Source of the DNA: Candidatus Saccharimonadota bacterium
Lineage (GTDB): Bacteria; Patescibacteriota; Saccharimonadia; Saccharimonadales; JAGQNJ01
Direction: 5' to 3'
Length of the DNA: 64,000 nt
NCBI GenBank assembly: GCA_036826295.1
Contig: DAISWO010000001.1
Location: forward strand, 18,068 to 82,067
How positions within the stretch are numbered: the first letter of the stretch is position 1; every line of letters starts with the position of its first letter. A model generated the notes under the pieces. That model saw nothing but the letters and a program-made list of their open reading frames with translations. It was not told the origin of the DNA and did no database searches. This document shows positions 1 to 9,943 of this stretch, one piece after another. The position numbers were made by a program, and so were the translations under genes.

Positions 1-392
1 TCTTCGTTTGTATCTAGAATGATGAATCTGTAGCCCTTAACAATTTTTGAGTAGTAAGGCTCGCTCATGCCAAGTTGTTTTATAACTTCCTTAGGATTGC
101 CAATTAATTCGTAATTTGCTCCATAAAAATCATGATTGCCAAGCACCTGCCAAATCTCGTTTTTACTACTATCGCAAATCGGCATTACCGTCTCAAAACT
201 TTTTGCGTCCTGGTCAATCAAATCCCCTAAATGAACAACAAACTCGAGATTATGCTTATCAAAAAATTCAACAGCATCCTTGAGTTTTGACTTTGCCAAT
301 CGATAACGACGATCAAACAAACCATCATCCAGATCTGGATAGTCCGCATACTGACAATCGCTCATTATGCCAAAAGAAAATATAGGCTTCAT
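1..392 (-). CDS. calcineurin-like metallophosphoesterase, 3'-truncated by window edge
   Basis: Not in ORF track because it runs off the window. Reverse-strand translation from the ATG at complement 390-392 gives MKPIFSFGIMSDCQYADYPDLDDG...VVHLGDLIDQ...VLGNHDFYG, which carries the GDxxD and GNHD metal-binding motifs. It starts 2 nt after the stop of the upstream tRNA-ligase gene. Confidence 0.6.
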   Translation of the reverse strand, partial: MKPIFSFGIMSDCQYADYPDLDDGLFDRRYRLAKSKLKDAVEFFDKHNLEFVVHLGDLIDQDAKSFETVMPICDSSKNEIWQVLGNHDFYGANYELIGNPKEVIKQLGMSEPYYSKIVKGYRFIILDTNE

Positions 393-394
393 AA

Positions 395-1717
395 TTAGGG
401 AGTAAGGCGGTTTATATCGCGAGGGAAAAGTGTGGCTTCTTTGATGTTATTTAGCTTAAAAAGTTTTTCAACCAAACGTTCTAATCCTAATCCAAACCCA
501 CCATGTGGCGGCATACCATATTTGAAAGCGCTGAGGTACGGTGCATATCCTGGGTGATTTGGATCGCCACCCATCGCCTTAAGCTGAGCGATCAATTTTG
601 GATATTCGTGCTGTCGCATGCTAAGAGTAACAATTTCGACGCCCCTAAAAAGTAGATCAGCCCGCTGGGCGATATCCGGGTTTTGCTCATCAGCTTTATG
701 ATAAAACTTAAAGGTTTTACTCTTTGCAGACCAACCTACGACAAAGACTGCTTCACTTTGCTTATTCTTTTTTGCCCATTCACAAATAAATCTTTCCTCG
801 TCTGGACGCAAATCATCTTCTCCACGATAATCTTCTTTGAACTGTTTGAAGTACATCTCGTGGATTTCATCGATTGTAATTCTCGGGATATCTTGTGGTT
901 TTTCAGGTAAGTCAGCTTTAGCTACATTCCATTTCTTGAAAGCAGTCGCGTTATTCTTATAAGCATCATCAGAAACTCTAATTAACATGCCTCCAAGAAA
1001 ATCTTGTAGCTCCGGGAAAGTTACAAATCCCATCTCACAATCAACAGTCAAGAACTCCGTAAGATGACGGGTGGTAGCGCTAGGTTCGGCCCGATAGGTA
1101 GAGCCAATCTCTATTACGCGCTCAAAAACCCCAACCATCATTTGCTTATAAAATTGTGCAGACTGGGCAAGTACTGCTGTCTTTCCAAAATAATCTAGCG
1201 AAAAAACCTCTGCCCCACCTTCTGTAGCCTCTGCTAATAACTTGGGTGTGTGGATTTCTGTGAATTCGTTTTCTTTAGCATACGCCCGAATCGATTCGCA
1301 AACAGCTGATTTTACTTTGAAAATATCTTGTTCTTGTAAGTTTCTTAGTCCGATAGCACGGTTATCAAATAATGTGTCCAAGTTTTCGCTCTTATGTAGC
1401 AACGGTTTGTCTATTTCAATTGGAGGCTCGTCCGTTACTGGAACCAATACTGTAATTGAGGGATCATGTAGCTCGGCACCTGCTGGTGCTCGCTCTTCAA
1501 GCTTAACTGTTCCACTGACTTCTAGCACTGTCCCAATTTGCATGCCACGAAGCTTTTCACCCTCTTTCTTGTCCTGTATCACTACTTGCATCAAACCACT
1601 ACGATCACGCACATTGATAAACGTAAGCCCACCGAGCATTCGTTTTTTATGTAACCAACCTTGCATCGTTACAGCTTTACCGCTGTGACTCTTTGTTTCT
1701 TTAGCCAAAACTCTCAT
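395..1717 (-). CDS. class IIb aspartate/asparagine--tRNA ligase (archaeal/eukaryal-type, about 440 aa)
   Basis: N-terminal OB anticodon-binding fold (GWLHKKRMLGGLTFINVRDRSGLMQVVI). Class II motifs are FRGVEIVTLSMR and GMPPHGGFGLGLERLV. Size fits the short archaeal-type AspRS/AsnRS. Asp versus Asn specificity cannot be decided by eye. Confidence 0.85.
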   Translation of the reverse strand: MRVLAKETKSHSGKAVTMQGWLHKKRMLGGLTFINVRDRSGLMQVVIQDKKEGEKLRGMQIGTVLEVSGTVKLEERAPAGAELHDPSITVLVPVTDEPPIEIDKPLLHKSENLDTLFDNRAIGLRNLQEQDIFKVKSAVCESIRAYAKENEFTEIHTPKLLAEATEGGAEVFSLDYFGKTAVLAQSAQFYKQMMVGVFERVIEIGSTYRAEPSATTRHLTEFLTVDCEMGFVTFPELQDFLGGMLIRVSDDAYKNNATAFKKWNVAKADLPEKPQDIPRITIDEIHEMYFKQFKEDYRGEDDLRPDEERFICEWAKKNKQSEAVFVVGWSAKSKTFKFYHKADEQNPDIAQRADLLFRGVEIVTLSMRQHEYPKLIAQLKAMGGDPNHPGYAPYLSAFKYGMPPHGGFGLGLERLVEKLFKLNNIKEATLFPRDINRLTP

Positions 1718-1853
1718 TATTTTTCTCCTGTTAGATATTGTTGTTGCTGGTTGTTTGTGTGGGCCGATTGCAGAATAAATAAATTACCACCAGGTTAATC
1801 CCTGCCGGCCTGCCTATTATCATTATTCTGAAGATGCAACAACATAACTTTTG

Positions 1854-2930
1854 TTATTCTACCACTGTTTTATCGTCTAGTGAATCTTTTTTATCCGATT
1901 TTGTATCCTCAACTGCATTTTTATGTTTGTCTTCGTCTTTTTCGGCATCCTTAGTTGCAACGGCACGCAAATCATCGTAAGCATCGAACTCGTCAACTAT
2001 CTGTTTTCCCAAAATCTGCTCAATAATATCCTCTACTGATATCACCCCAACAATCTCTTCGAATTTATTCACGACCAAAAACAAGTGATGTTTGGTTTTT
2101 ATAAAAGCCTCTAAAACACCATTCAATGGTTGCGCTCGGTTAACGTAAAAAACGTCTTTTCGCATGATATCTTTAACGAAACCACCTGCCCGAGCACTGA
2201 TCAAATCACGCACGTAGAGTGTACCTACGATATTATCTGGACTGTCGTGCTTTACCGGAAAACGCGAATGACCAGATTTGTGTAGCTCGTCCATTAATAC
2301 CGGGCCAATCATGTCATGAGTACTAACCATTTTTATCATGCGTTTTGGAGTCATTACATCAGAGACTTTTTTATCACCAAACTGCAACGCATTCTCTACA
2401 ATAGTTAACTCCTGCTTATCGACGCGGTTGTCTGTTTGTTGCTTTTGTTGTTTGATTAATTCGACGATATCGGACTTTTCGTACAATCCTGTATGAATCG
2501 ATACAGGCAAGTGCTTCGTTACGAAATGCTTGATTCTACTAATGATTGGCTGAGCTCGCTCTAGGATCCAATGCACTAAAGGTGTTACTATCCGGACCGC
2601 ACGAAATGTATATCTTGAAGTATGTGATTTTGGTAGCCAAGCAAATGCAACAAACAAGATAGACATTACAATTATAAATGCCACAACCGATGGTAGATTA
2701 CTAGATATTAATACGAACAATAAACTACTACTTAACCCTATAAGCAACCACAGGAGAATGTCCACATCCATACCGTAACCCACTACTCTGTAAAGTAGTT
2801 TAGCTACTTCGTCTCCGGACCTTGCTTGACGACGAAGTTCCTTTGTCGAGACTCTTGAATACACTTTTTGCATAGAAATAACAAAAAGTAATAGTGCAGT
2901 TAGCACAAGTCCGATAATTATCATTAGCAT
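1854..2930 (-). CDS. CNNM/HlyC/CorC family transporter (DUF21 membrane domain + CBS pair + CorC_HlyC)
   Basis: Four N-terminal TM helices, then a CBS region (VSDVMTPKRMIKMV...GTLYVRDLI) and a C-terminal CorC-type domain with an acidic tail. Confidence 0.8.
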   Translation of the reverse strand: MLMIIIGLVLTALLLFVISMQKVYSRVSTKELRRQARSGDEVAKLLYRVVGYGMDVDILLWLLIGLSSSLLFVLISSNLPSVVAFIIVMSILFVAFAWLPKSHTSRYTFRAVRIVTPLVHWILERAQPIISRIKHFVTKHLPVSIHTGLYEKSDIVELIKQQKQQTDNRVDKQELTIVENALQFGDKKVSDVMTPKRMIKMVSTHDMIGPVLMDELHKSGHSRFPVKHDSPDNIVGTLYVRDLISARAGGFVKDIMRKDVFYVNRAQPLNGVLEAFIKTKHHLFLVVNKFEEIVGVISVEDIIEQILGKQIVDEFDAYDDLRAVATKDAEKDEDKHKNAVEDTKSDKKDSLDDKTVVE

Positions 2931-3017
2931 ATTAATATCTTACGCACCAAAGGGGCATTTTAAAAGTGTTTTAAATCAGTTATCATTAAATAACAGAAAC
3001 GGAGAAACAATAAGTAT

Positions 3018-3659
3018 ATGAGTAAACGATTTTTAATAATAATGGCAGCGCTGGTCGTAGTATTTTTCGGGGTAATTATAGTAAGCAAGAATAATGAGGA
3101 TGCTAGCACTCCCGGAGATAGTAATGCTGGAAGTAATCACATCAAAGGTAAAGGATCAGCAGGAGTCGAGATCGTGGAATTTGCCGACTTTCAGTGCCCA
3201 ACCTGCGCCCAATTCGATCCATTAGTGCAAGCTGTTGTGAAAAAATATAACGATCAAATCACCTTCCAATTTCGTCACTTTCCGTTAGTACAGATCCATC
3301 AAAATGCAATGATAGCTCATCGTTCTGCAGAGGCTTCGGGAAAACAAAACAAGTTTTGGCAAATGCATGATCTTTTGTTCGAAAGACAAGATATCTGGAA
3401 AGATTCTTCAAATGCAAAACTCGTAATGGAGGATTACGCCAGTGAGTTAGGTCTAAATGTCGATAAGTTCAAGTCTGATTTCGCTAGCACTCAGGTGAAC
3501 GATATCATTACCGCCGACATTAAAGCCGGTCAAGACGCCGGTGTATCTGGCACTCCGACATTTGTGATTGATGGCAAAAAACTTGATGATCTCCCGCGGG
3601 ATATCGAAAGCTTTAGTAAGCTAATCGATCAAGCTATAGCTGATAAAAAATCACAGTAG
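3018..3659 (+). CDS. DsbA-family thiol:disulfide oxidoreductase (membrane-anchored/secreted)
   Basis: N-terminal hydrophobic anchor and thioredoxin-fold active site FADFQCPTCAQF. GGAG RBS upstream (aacggagaaacaataagtATG). Confidence 0.8.
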   Translation: MSKRFLIIMAALVVVFFGVIIVSKNNEDASTPGDSNAGSNHIKGKGSAGVEIVEFADFQCPTCAQFDPLVQAVVKKYNDQITFQFRHFPLVQIHQNAMIAHRSAEASGKQNKFWQMHDLLFERQDIWKDSSNAKLVMEDYASELGLNVDKFKSDFASTQVNDIITADIKAGQDAGVSGTPTFVIDGKKLDDLPRDIESFSKLIDQAIADKKSQ

Positions 3660-3668
3660 TAGCAATAA

Positions 3669-4181
3669 TTATTGCTTGTCTTTATGCCGTGGGTCTATCG
3701 ACCCAGCTAGATCGAGAGGTGATTTTAACACTTTGCCGATAACCTGACCAGCAGACTTCAACGTATGTCGACGATTTTTTTCTGCTTTTATCTGAGTATG
3801 TAGTATATGGATAACGGGATCTGGTTGATCAGTATGATGATAATTTTTAAAATGATCATCTAGTTTATTCAGCTCATCGTCAGTTAAGGTGTCTAGGTCC
3901 ATAAACGAGTCACTGGCGCCTTTTGTATTTGCAATTAACTCATCTAATTTTAGATGGAGGCCCTTTGAGTCGCGATTCTGCGTATTTTGGATTAAGAACA
4001 CCATCAAAAAAGTAATAATCGTCGTGCCGGTGTTAATAACCAGTTGCCAGGTATCAGAAAAACCAAACATCGGGCCACTAACTCCCCAAATAACTACGAC
4101 AGACAACGCAATCAAAAATGCATAGGCGCTTCCAACGGCATTTGATATTTTTGCCGATATTTTTCTAAATAATTCTTTCAT
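3669..4181 (-). CDS. small membrane protein resembling the bacterial low-affinity iron permease family
   Basis: Two TM helices with the motif WQLVINTGTTIITFLMVFLIQNTQNRD, which is as I recall typical of that family. The family call is from memory. Confidence 0.5.
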   Translation of the reverse strand: MKELFRKISAKISNAVGSAYAFLIALSVVVIWGVSGPMFGFSDTWQLVINTGTTIITFLMVFLIQNTQNRDSKGLHLKLDELIANTKGASDSFMDLDTLTDDELNKLDDHFKNYHHTDQPDPVIHILHTQIKAEKNRRHTLKSAGQVIGKVLKSPLDLAGSIDPRHKDKQ

Positions 4182-4247
4182 ATAATTTATGTTTTTTACA
4201 GATTACCGTTAGCATTGTACAATACTTGCTAAAGGAATTAAATAAAC

Positions 4248-5936
4248 ATGCATAATAATATATTCGTAGAAATCTCGGCATTACTTGTTCTAAGTGCGGT
4301 AATTAGCTTGATAGTGAAGGCGCTGCGACAACCATTAATCATTGGCTATATTCTTACCGGCCTAATAGTTGGGCCTTCTCTGCTGAGTATCGTAAAATCT
4401 CCTGATACGATCGGTGTCCTTGGGACCTTTGGCGTTACCTTGTTATTGTTCATTGTTGGACTAGGTCTTAACCCTAAAGTGATCAAAGAGGTTGGAAAAG
4501 TTTCGCTGTTCACAGGCTTAGGGCAAGTTATAATCACCAGCCTTATAGGTTATTTCATTGTTATAGCACTGGGTTACAGCAAAATTGAAGCAGTTTACAT
4601 ATCGGTAGCACTGGCCTTTAGCAGTACAATTATTATCCTCAAATTGCTAAATGACAAACGCGAACAAAATAAACTGCACGGAAAAATCTCTATCGGCTTT
4701 CTACTGGTCCAAGATATTATTGCTGCGATTGCGCTTGTTATAGCATCCGCAAGCGGAAATGGTTCTTTGGGTTACGGAGGAGCACTAGAACTAGCAGCAA
4801 AAGGTATATTACTTGCCGTTTTTGTTTTTGCATTTTCACGATATTGTTTACGCCCCATGTCGTCTTTTTTATCAAAATCGCAAGAACTTTTATTTTTATT
4901 ATCGATAGCATGGGGATTTGGTATTGCAACTCTTTTTTACGAAATCGGCTTTTCGCTCGAAATAGGTGCGTTAATCGCCGGCGTATCACTTGCTTCAATG
5001 AACTACGCTCAGGAAGTAGGCACTAGATTACGACCGTTACGGGACTTTTTCTTAGTCATATTCTTTATAGCGCTCGGCTCTAATATTAACCTCGACACTA
5101 TCGGTCAAATCATCCCGCAAGCTATATTGCTTTCATTATTTGTCTTAATTGGAAATCCGCTAATTGTAATGACGATCATGGGCGTTCTTGGCTATACCAA
5201 GAAAACTGGATTCAAATCGGGTCTCGCTGTTGCGCAGATTAGTGAGTTCTCGTTAATTTTTATCCTGCTAGGTCAAAGCAATGGCCAAGTTAGCGACACT
5301 ACCGTAGCCCTAGTAACTGTAGTTGGCTTATCCACAATTGCCGTTTCGTCTTATATGATTACATATTCTGATGGCTTGTATCGCAACCTCGAAAGATACC
5401 TCAAGATTTTTGAACGAAAAAAAGTAAAAAAAGAGCTCGAGCGACATCATCGCTACGAAGCAGTATTATTTGGTTACAAACATGGTGGTAGTGAGTTTGT
5501 AAACGTGTTTGAAAAAATTGCTAAAAAGTATATTGTTGTCGACTACGACCCAGAGGCTATCGAACGTATGGAAAAACAAAATATTCCTTACGTTTATGGT
5601 GACGCCACGGACCCAGAAATGTTTGACGAGATAAATTTAGAACACGCAAAAATTGTAGTGTCAGTAATTAGTGATTACAGGACTAATCTCGGACTTTTAG
5701 AAATGCTAGAAAAAATTAACCCAAGCGCAGTAATGATTTGTCACGCCGAAAATATTCATGAAGCAGTAGATCTTTATGGGCTAGGAGCTAGCTACGTTGT
5801 AATGCCTCACCTTGTCGGCAACCAAAAGATTAGCTTATTCTTACGAAAAAACGGCTTTAATAAAGCAGAATTTAGAAAGTTCAAGAATGGCCACTTGAGT
5901 TATTTGCAATCTCACTTTGAAGAAACTTTAGAATAA
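4248..5936 (+). CDS. CPA2 cation:proton antiporter with C-terminal RCK/TrkA-N domain (Kef-type)
   Basis: N-terminal Na+/H+-exchanger membrane domain with many TM helices and a GxGxxG-less RCK-like C-terminus (IVVDYDPEAIERMEKQNIPYVYGDATDPE). Confidence 0.8.
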   Translation: MHNNIFVEISALLVLSAVISLIVKALRQPLIIGYILTGLIVGPSLLSIVKSPDTIGVLGTFGVTLLLFIVGLGLNPKVIKEVGKVSLFTGLGQVIITSLIGYFIVIALGYSKIEAVYISVALAFSSTIIILKLLNDKREQNKLHGKISIGFLLVQDIIAAIALVIASASGNGSLGYGGALELAAKGILLAVFVFAFSRYCLRPMSSFLSKSQELLFLLSIAWGFGIATLFYEIGFSLEIGALIAGVSLASMNYAQEVGTRLRPLRDFFLVIFFIALGSNINLDTIGQIIPQAILLSLFVLIGNPLIVMTIMGVLGYTKKTGFKSGLAVAQISEFSLIFILLGQSNGQVSDTTVALVTVVGLSTIAVSSYMITYSDGLYRNLERYLKIFERKKVKKELERHHRYEAVLFGYKHGGSEFVNVFEKIAKKYIVVDYDPEAIERMEKQNIPYVYGDATDPEMFDEINLEHAKIVVSVISDYRTNLGLLEMLEKINPSAVMICHAENIHEAVDLYGLGASYVVMPHLVGNQKISLFLRKNGFNKAEFRKFKNGHLSYLQSHFEETLE

Positions 5937-6508
5937 AGCTGGTTGTCTAAGATATAAGACTGAACAAGAGGATCTAGGTAGTCTTCGCTGTTAGGCAGTG
6001 CGTTTTTTGCGATCGTTGATGATACGGTCGACCAAACCGTAGGTAGAACAACGTAGCGAGCTCCATAATTCGTAGTCAGTTTTTCTAGTTTGTTTTCAAC
6101 ATCTTGTCTATCGGCATTGTCACGGAGCACAACACAAAGATGAAAATTATTTAATAGTTTTTCAAGTTCTGGCCAATTCGGAATATGACTAAGTAGATCT
6201 GAACCAAAAATATACCAATACTCACCTTCTGGATATTTGTCTCGCAAAAAAACTAAAGTATTCTTCGTCGTTATATTTTCTGTTTTTAAATCCGTAACAA
6301 TAATTGATCCGGTGTCTTCAGTAGCGAGTTCTAGCATTTTTAATCTGTCATTAAGAGGCGCAACTTCCTGTTTTCTGTGTGGTGAACTTTCAATAAACAA
6401 ATGAATCTTGTCCAAACTACATTTTTCCATTGCCGCACGACATGCTTCTATATGACCAAAATGAACGGGGTCAAAAGTCCCGCTAAAAACGCCAATTCGA
6501 CTATTCAT
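5912..6508 (-). CDS. nadD: nicotinate-nucleotide adenylyltransferase
   Basis: Motif GVFSGTFDPVHFGH (HxGH nucleotidyltransferase). The ORF track starts at a GTG at 6526; I prefer the internal ATG (MNSRIGVF...), which has a GAAGGGA RBS 9 nt upstream. Confidence 0.8.
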   Translation of the reverse strand: MNSRIGVFSGTFDPVHFGHIEACRAAMEKCSLDKIHLFIESSPHRKQEVAPLNDRLKMLELATEDTGSIIVTDLKTENITTKNTLVFLRDKYPEGEYWYIFGSDLLSHIPNWPELEKLLNNFHLCVVLRDNADRQDVENKLEKLTTNYGARYVVLPTVWSTVSSTIAKNALPNSEDYLDPLVQSYILDNQLYSKVSSK

Positions 6509-6802
6509 CAATGGGTGTCCCTTCACAGCATCCAGGCTTCGCCTTATGAGACAAACCTACGGTTTTTCTCATCGTGCCGGCAAAATGGAATACATTTTGG
6601 TCGGACTTCTCTTTTCCCTTAAACATCTAATCCCAAACCTTCACAACATTTTGTGGGCATCTTGCACTTTGGGCACAAAAAATGGCCATGAACCGATTCT
6701 ATAGGGTAATGTCCGCAACTGTCGCAACATAGTTCAGGGATTACTTTATTTTGTGACATAGGTTTATTATACGGTGTTTTTTGTTCTATGCGTTCAGATG
6801 CG

Positions 6803-8392
6803 TTAAGATTTGCAGGATTTGCCAACGTGATAAAAAGTACCCTTTACCACTCTGGTTTTAGCATTTTTTTCGCCACATTTAGGACAAGATTTTGAGACAA
6901 ATTCACAGTCTTTAACATCATTATTTTCTGTAGAATCATTCGTTTTGCCACCAAATATATCCTGAGTGCCTATTTCATCACTCAAATTATTTTCCAATTC
7001 ACTAGGTTGGCTTAGTTTCGTAACGCCTCCACACGATCCATGAGATCTACCGGCCTGTACACCTGCATTTATTCCTCCGACCAAATTTCGAATTAAGTCA
7101 TGGTGGGGTATTATTGGTCGGCCCGAAATATTGGGTTTTGTACCTTGACTATCGAAAAAAATAGTATCTGGTCGATAATCTACTGAAGTTTCTCTTTCCT
7201 GTGCCGAGGTTTGACCTTCCCCGCCGTCGCGTATTTTTTCTACTAGCCCGTATCTTACCATTTGTTCTAACGTTGAAATATCGTCCGCACTCAGCTTCTT
7301 GCTATTACTTATCCGCCACAAGTGCTGCCTGATTTCAGTATCAATTTTATCTAGTTTCATTGCTTCTCGCGCGAATAATTGTATCTGTACAGTGTTTTTT
7401 CCAGTTACGAGACTAACCGCGAGCGGTTCATACATATCATTAAAGACCTGATCTACTAAATCAGCATTATCAATTATTATTTCTTCAACCGATTCTCTCT
7501 CTTGTGTATCTGGGACCAGCTCGTAGTACTCAGTTCTAATGCTTTTAGCAAAATCCTCAAACTCATCATCATCCAACTCTTTAATTAACGCGTAGTCTAA
7601 CCAATTATCTGTCGTTTCGTCTTCGGGGATTTCGATATCTTGCTTGTTCCATAATGCACGCCACTTATCCTTTTCGCTCCCATCTACCGACAAAGTTAGG
7701 GTTGATAAACTTCCGTCTTTATTTCTATGGTATGCCTGCATGTATCCTAGGCCTTTTTGATAATTGAGCTCTTCCCAGAAATCATCACCATCTCTGCTCA
7801 TAGCTTCAACCGGTTCCAAACTTACCACTATTCTTGTATTAGGTAGCTCGATGTTGGCCATCATCTCATCAACAAATTCGGCATTACGCTCGTCAGCTTT
7901 ATCCCGCACATGTTGTGTCAACATTCTAGAATCTTCTATTGCTGCCTGCTTTGATTTCTCGGCACCATCTTTCACAAGTTTAACAACAGGAGTAATACCA
8001 TCATAAGCAACCACGTGTCCGTCCTTAAAGTCAAAGACATCCCTTCTAGTGACCTCTAAGCGTTCGCCTTTTTCTTCATCACCTTTGAGCATTTCTCCAA
8101 TTGACGATGTAAATTCTTGAAAAAGCTGGTTTCGTGGATTTTCAATATCTTGACCTATTAACGCTGCTCGACCCAGTGCTTCTAGGGCCCGTGTAGAGCG
8201 GGCATATTGTGATTCTATTGGGTCTTGGACCCTGTCTTGTGCACTCACAAAACTGTCGTTATTAATCGGAATCACCTCTGCAAGTGGTCCACCATGGACT
8301 GCAATTTGTGACGAACCAATCTCGTATTCCAAACCAACAACTAGTGCCAAGTCTTGTTGTGTCTGATCTGGAAATTGTATAACTTCACCCAT
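6803..8392 (-). CDS. hypothetical acidic protein with C-terminal CPKCGEK zinc-ribbon-like motif
   Basis: Long uninterrupted ORF with no recognisable catalytic motif. The C-terminal CxxC...C cluster reads CEFVSKSCPKCGEKNAKTRVVKGTFYHVGKSCKS. Confidence 0.5.
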   Translation of the reverse strand: MGEVIQFPDQTQQDLALVVGLEYEIGSSQIAVHGGPLAEVIPINNDSFVSAQDRVQDPIESQYARSTRALEALGRAALIGQDIENPRNQLFQEFTSSIGEMLKGDEEKGERLEVTRRDVFDFKDGHVVAYDGITPVVKLVKDGAEKSKQAAIEDSRMLTQHVRDKADERNAEFVDEMMANIELPNTRIVVSLEPVEAMSRDGDDFWEELNYQKGLGYMQAYHRNKDGSLSTLTLSVDGSEKDKWRALWNKQDIEIPEDETTDNWLDYALIKELDDDEFEDFAKSIRTEYYELVPDTQERESVEEIIIDNADLVDQVFNDMYEPLAVSLVTGKNTVQIQLFAREAMKLDKIDTEIRQHLWRISNSKKLSADDISTLEQMVRYGLVEKIRDGGEGQTSAQERETSVDYRPDTIFFDSQGTKPNISGRPIIPHHDLIRNLVGGINAGVQAGRSHGSCGGVTKLSQPSELENNLSDEIGTQDIFGGKTNDSTENNDVKDCEFVSKSCPKCGEKNAKTRVVKGTFYHVGKSCKS

Positions 8393-8674
8393 AAAAAATC
8401 CCTGCAGTCTAGATGGGCAGGGAAAAACAGAATTTTTGCTCCTGCTCGGGAGACTTTTAGTATCGTGTCTGGCTTAACCCATGTGAGACAAAAACTACGT
8501 TTTTTTCTCAGCGCGCAGGAAACGAAATGAATTCGTTTGTCTGGCTGCTCTTTTTTTCCTTATGAGCAATGAATATTACAGTTGCGGCACAGCTTGGGAT
8601 TTTCACCCAAATTCCGATGTTTGTTTGTTAAGGTCTATATTTTATCACGATGGTAAATAACTTGTCGTTGTTTT

Positions 8675-9481
8675 TTATGTCATAGCTATGATAAGAATAG
8701 CTACCCCGAGCAATATTCGGTAATACGCAAAGATGTCTAGGGTGTGTCTCGCTAAAAACTTTAGTAAAAATTTGATAGCAATTATTCCGCTCACAAAAGC
8801 CGAAGCTATACCTACGAAAAATAATGTTGTTTGAGAGTTAATCGTGCCCAGCGCCGATTTTGTTAAAAGAGTATCGGCGATTGCCCCAAACATTATCGGT
8901 ATGCCCAGTAGGAACGAGAATCGAGTTGCTGCAACTCTATCCATACCTGCAAAAAGGCCAGTTGTTATTGTCGCGCCAGATCTAGAAACACCTGGTATGA
9001 TTGCCATTGCCTGGGCAAGACCGATTGCCAAGGCTTGCTTATTAGTCACAGACTCTAGATCCGATTTGTTTTTAAGATGTTTTGCATACCTCTCAGAAAA
9101 GAGCATAACAAACCCCATAATTATTAGCATTGTCGCAACGAGACTCGAAGATCTAAAAGTAGATTCGGCTGAATCTTTTAATAGATATCCAAAAATTGCT
9201 GCAGGAACAGTAGCCATAATAAGTAACCAAGCTAATTTGTATTGCTTGGCCTGTTTGTTGAAAACTGCCTTTGCTAGGACAAATATTTCTTTTCGGAAGT
9301 ATATTAAAAGAGCGCTAAGTGTACCGATATTTAAAGCCATATCAAATAAAAAACTTGCCTGAGCCGTCTCATTCACTCCAAGCCACTGATGAAATAATAT
9401 TAAGTGTCCAGAACTTGAAACCGGTATGAATTCGGTCAGACCCTGCACGATACCAAGGATAATTGCCTGAATAACTGTCAT
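8675..9481 (-). CDS. uppP: undecaprenyl-diphosphatase
   Basis: BacA/UppP signature LTEFIPVSSSGHLIL at the N-terminus and an eight-TM profile. Confidence 0.9.
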   Translation of the reverse strand: MTVIQAIILGIVQGLTEFIPVSSSGHLILFHQWLGVNETAQASFLFDMALNIGTLSALLIYFRKEIFVLAKAVFNKQAKQYKLAWLLIMATVPAAIFGYLLKDSAESTFRSSSLVATMLIIMGFVMLFSERYAKHLKNKSDLESVTNKQALAIGLAQAMAIIPGVSRSGATITTGLFAGMDRVAATRFSFLLGIPIMFGAIADTLLTKSALGTINSQTTLFFVGIASAFVSGIIAIKFLLKFLARHTLDIFAYYRILLGVAILIIAMT

Positions 9482-9943
9482 CTATTTATCCCCTTTTTTT
9501 AGTTTCAATTTACCTAGTCTCGGCATAAAACTACTCGATGCACCCTCTAATCCTAACACCTTCAAAGCCCCCGTCAGCACATATAATTCATCAATACTAC
9601 TCTGCATCGGCGCGCTCTCTTGCTCGACTTTTGAAAAATAATAATCTACTTTTTCGACCAGCCACTTTTCCTGAGCCTCTGTGACTTTGCCAGATTTTAT
9701 CGGCTTGATGTCTGCTGATTCGACAACTTCTAGCGAACGTGCAGATCTATCGCGTTTTTGTAAATGGCCTCTACTAATCAAATTATTAACATGTAGAGCA
9801 ACAGTTGCTACAGATGTGTAATTACAGCCCGTCATGATCTCTCGGTAACTCGGGCTATAGCCATGGGCTTTTATGAATTCATCAATAAACAGTAGCGTTT
9901 GTTGCTGTTTTTTAGTTGGCCTAACTTTCTTTTCTTCACTCAT
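9482..9943 (-). CDS. LexA-type winged-helix DNA-binding protein lacking the S24 peptidase domain
   Basis: N-terminus LTKKQQQTLLFIDEFIKAHGYSPSYREI...TSVATVALHVNNLISRGHL resembles the LexA DNA-binding domain. The C-terminus has no Ser/Lys peptidase motifs. Start overlaps the GtrA stop (ATGA). Confidence 0.55.
   Translation of the reverse strand: MSEEKKVRPTKKQQQTLLFIDEFIKAHGYSPSYREIMTGCNYTSVATVALHVNNLISRGHLQKRDRSARSLEVVESADIKPIKSGKVTEAQEKWLVEKVDYYFSKVEQESAPMQSSIDELYVLTGALKVLGLEGASSSFMPRLGKLKLKKGDK

Noticed and set aside
683-1688. Forward-strand ORFs 683-910 and 1242-1688 inside the tRNA-ligase gene
   Set aside because: Antisense to a well-supported conserved CDS, with low-complexity translations and no RBS. 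Treated as chance ORFs.
1718-1853. Possible rho-independent terminator or riboswitch between the tRNA-ligase and CorC genes
   Set aside because: GC-rich segment gggccgattgcag...ccctgccggcc does not form a clean stem-loop followed by a T-run on either strand.
8844-9362. 172-aa forward ORF antisense to uppP
   Set aside because: Lies entirely within the strongly supported UppP coding region, and its composition mirrors the membrane protein's reverse complement.
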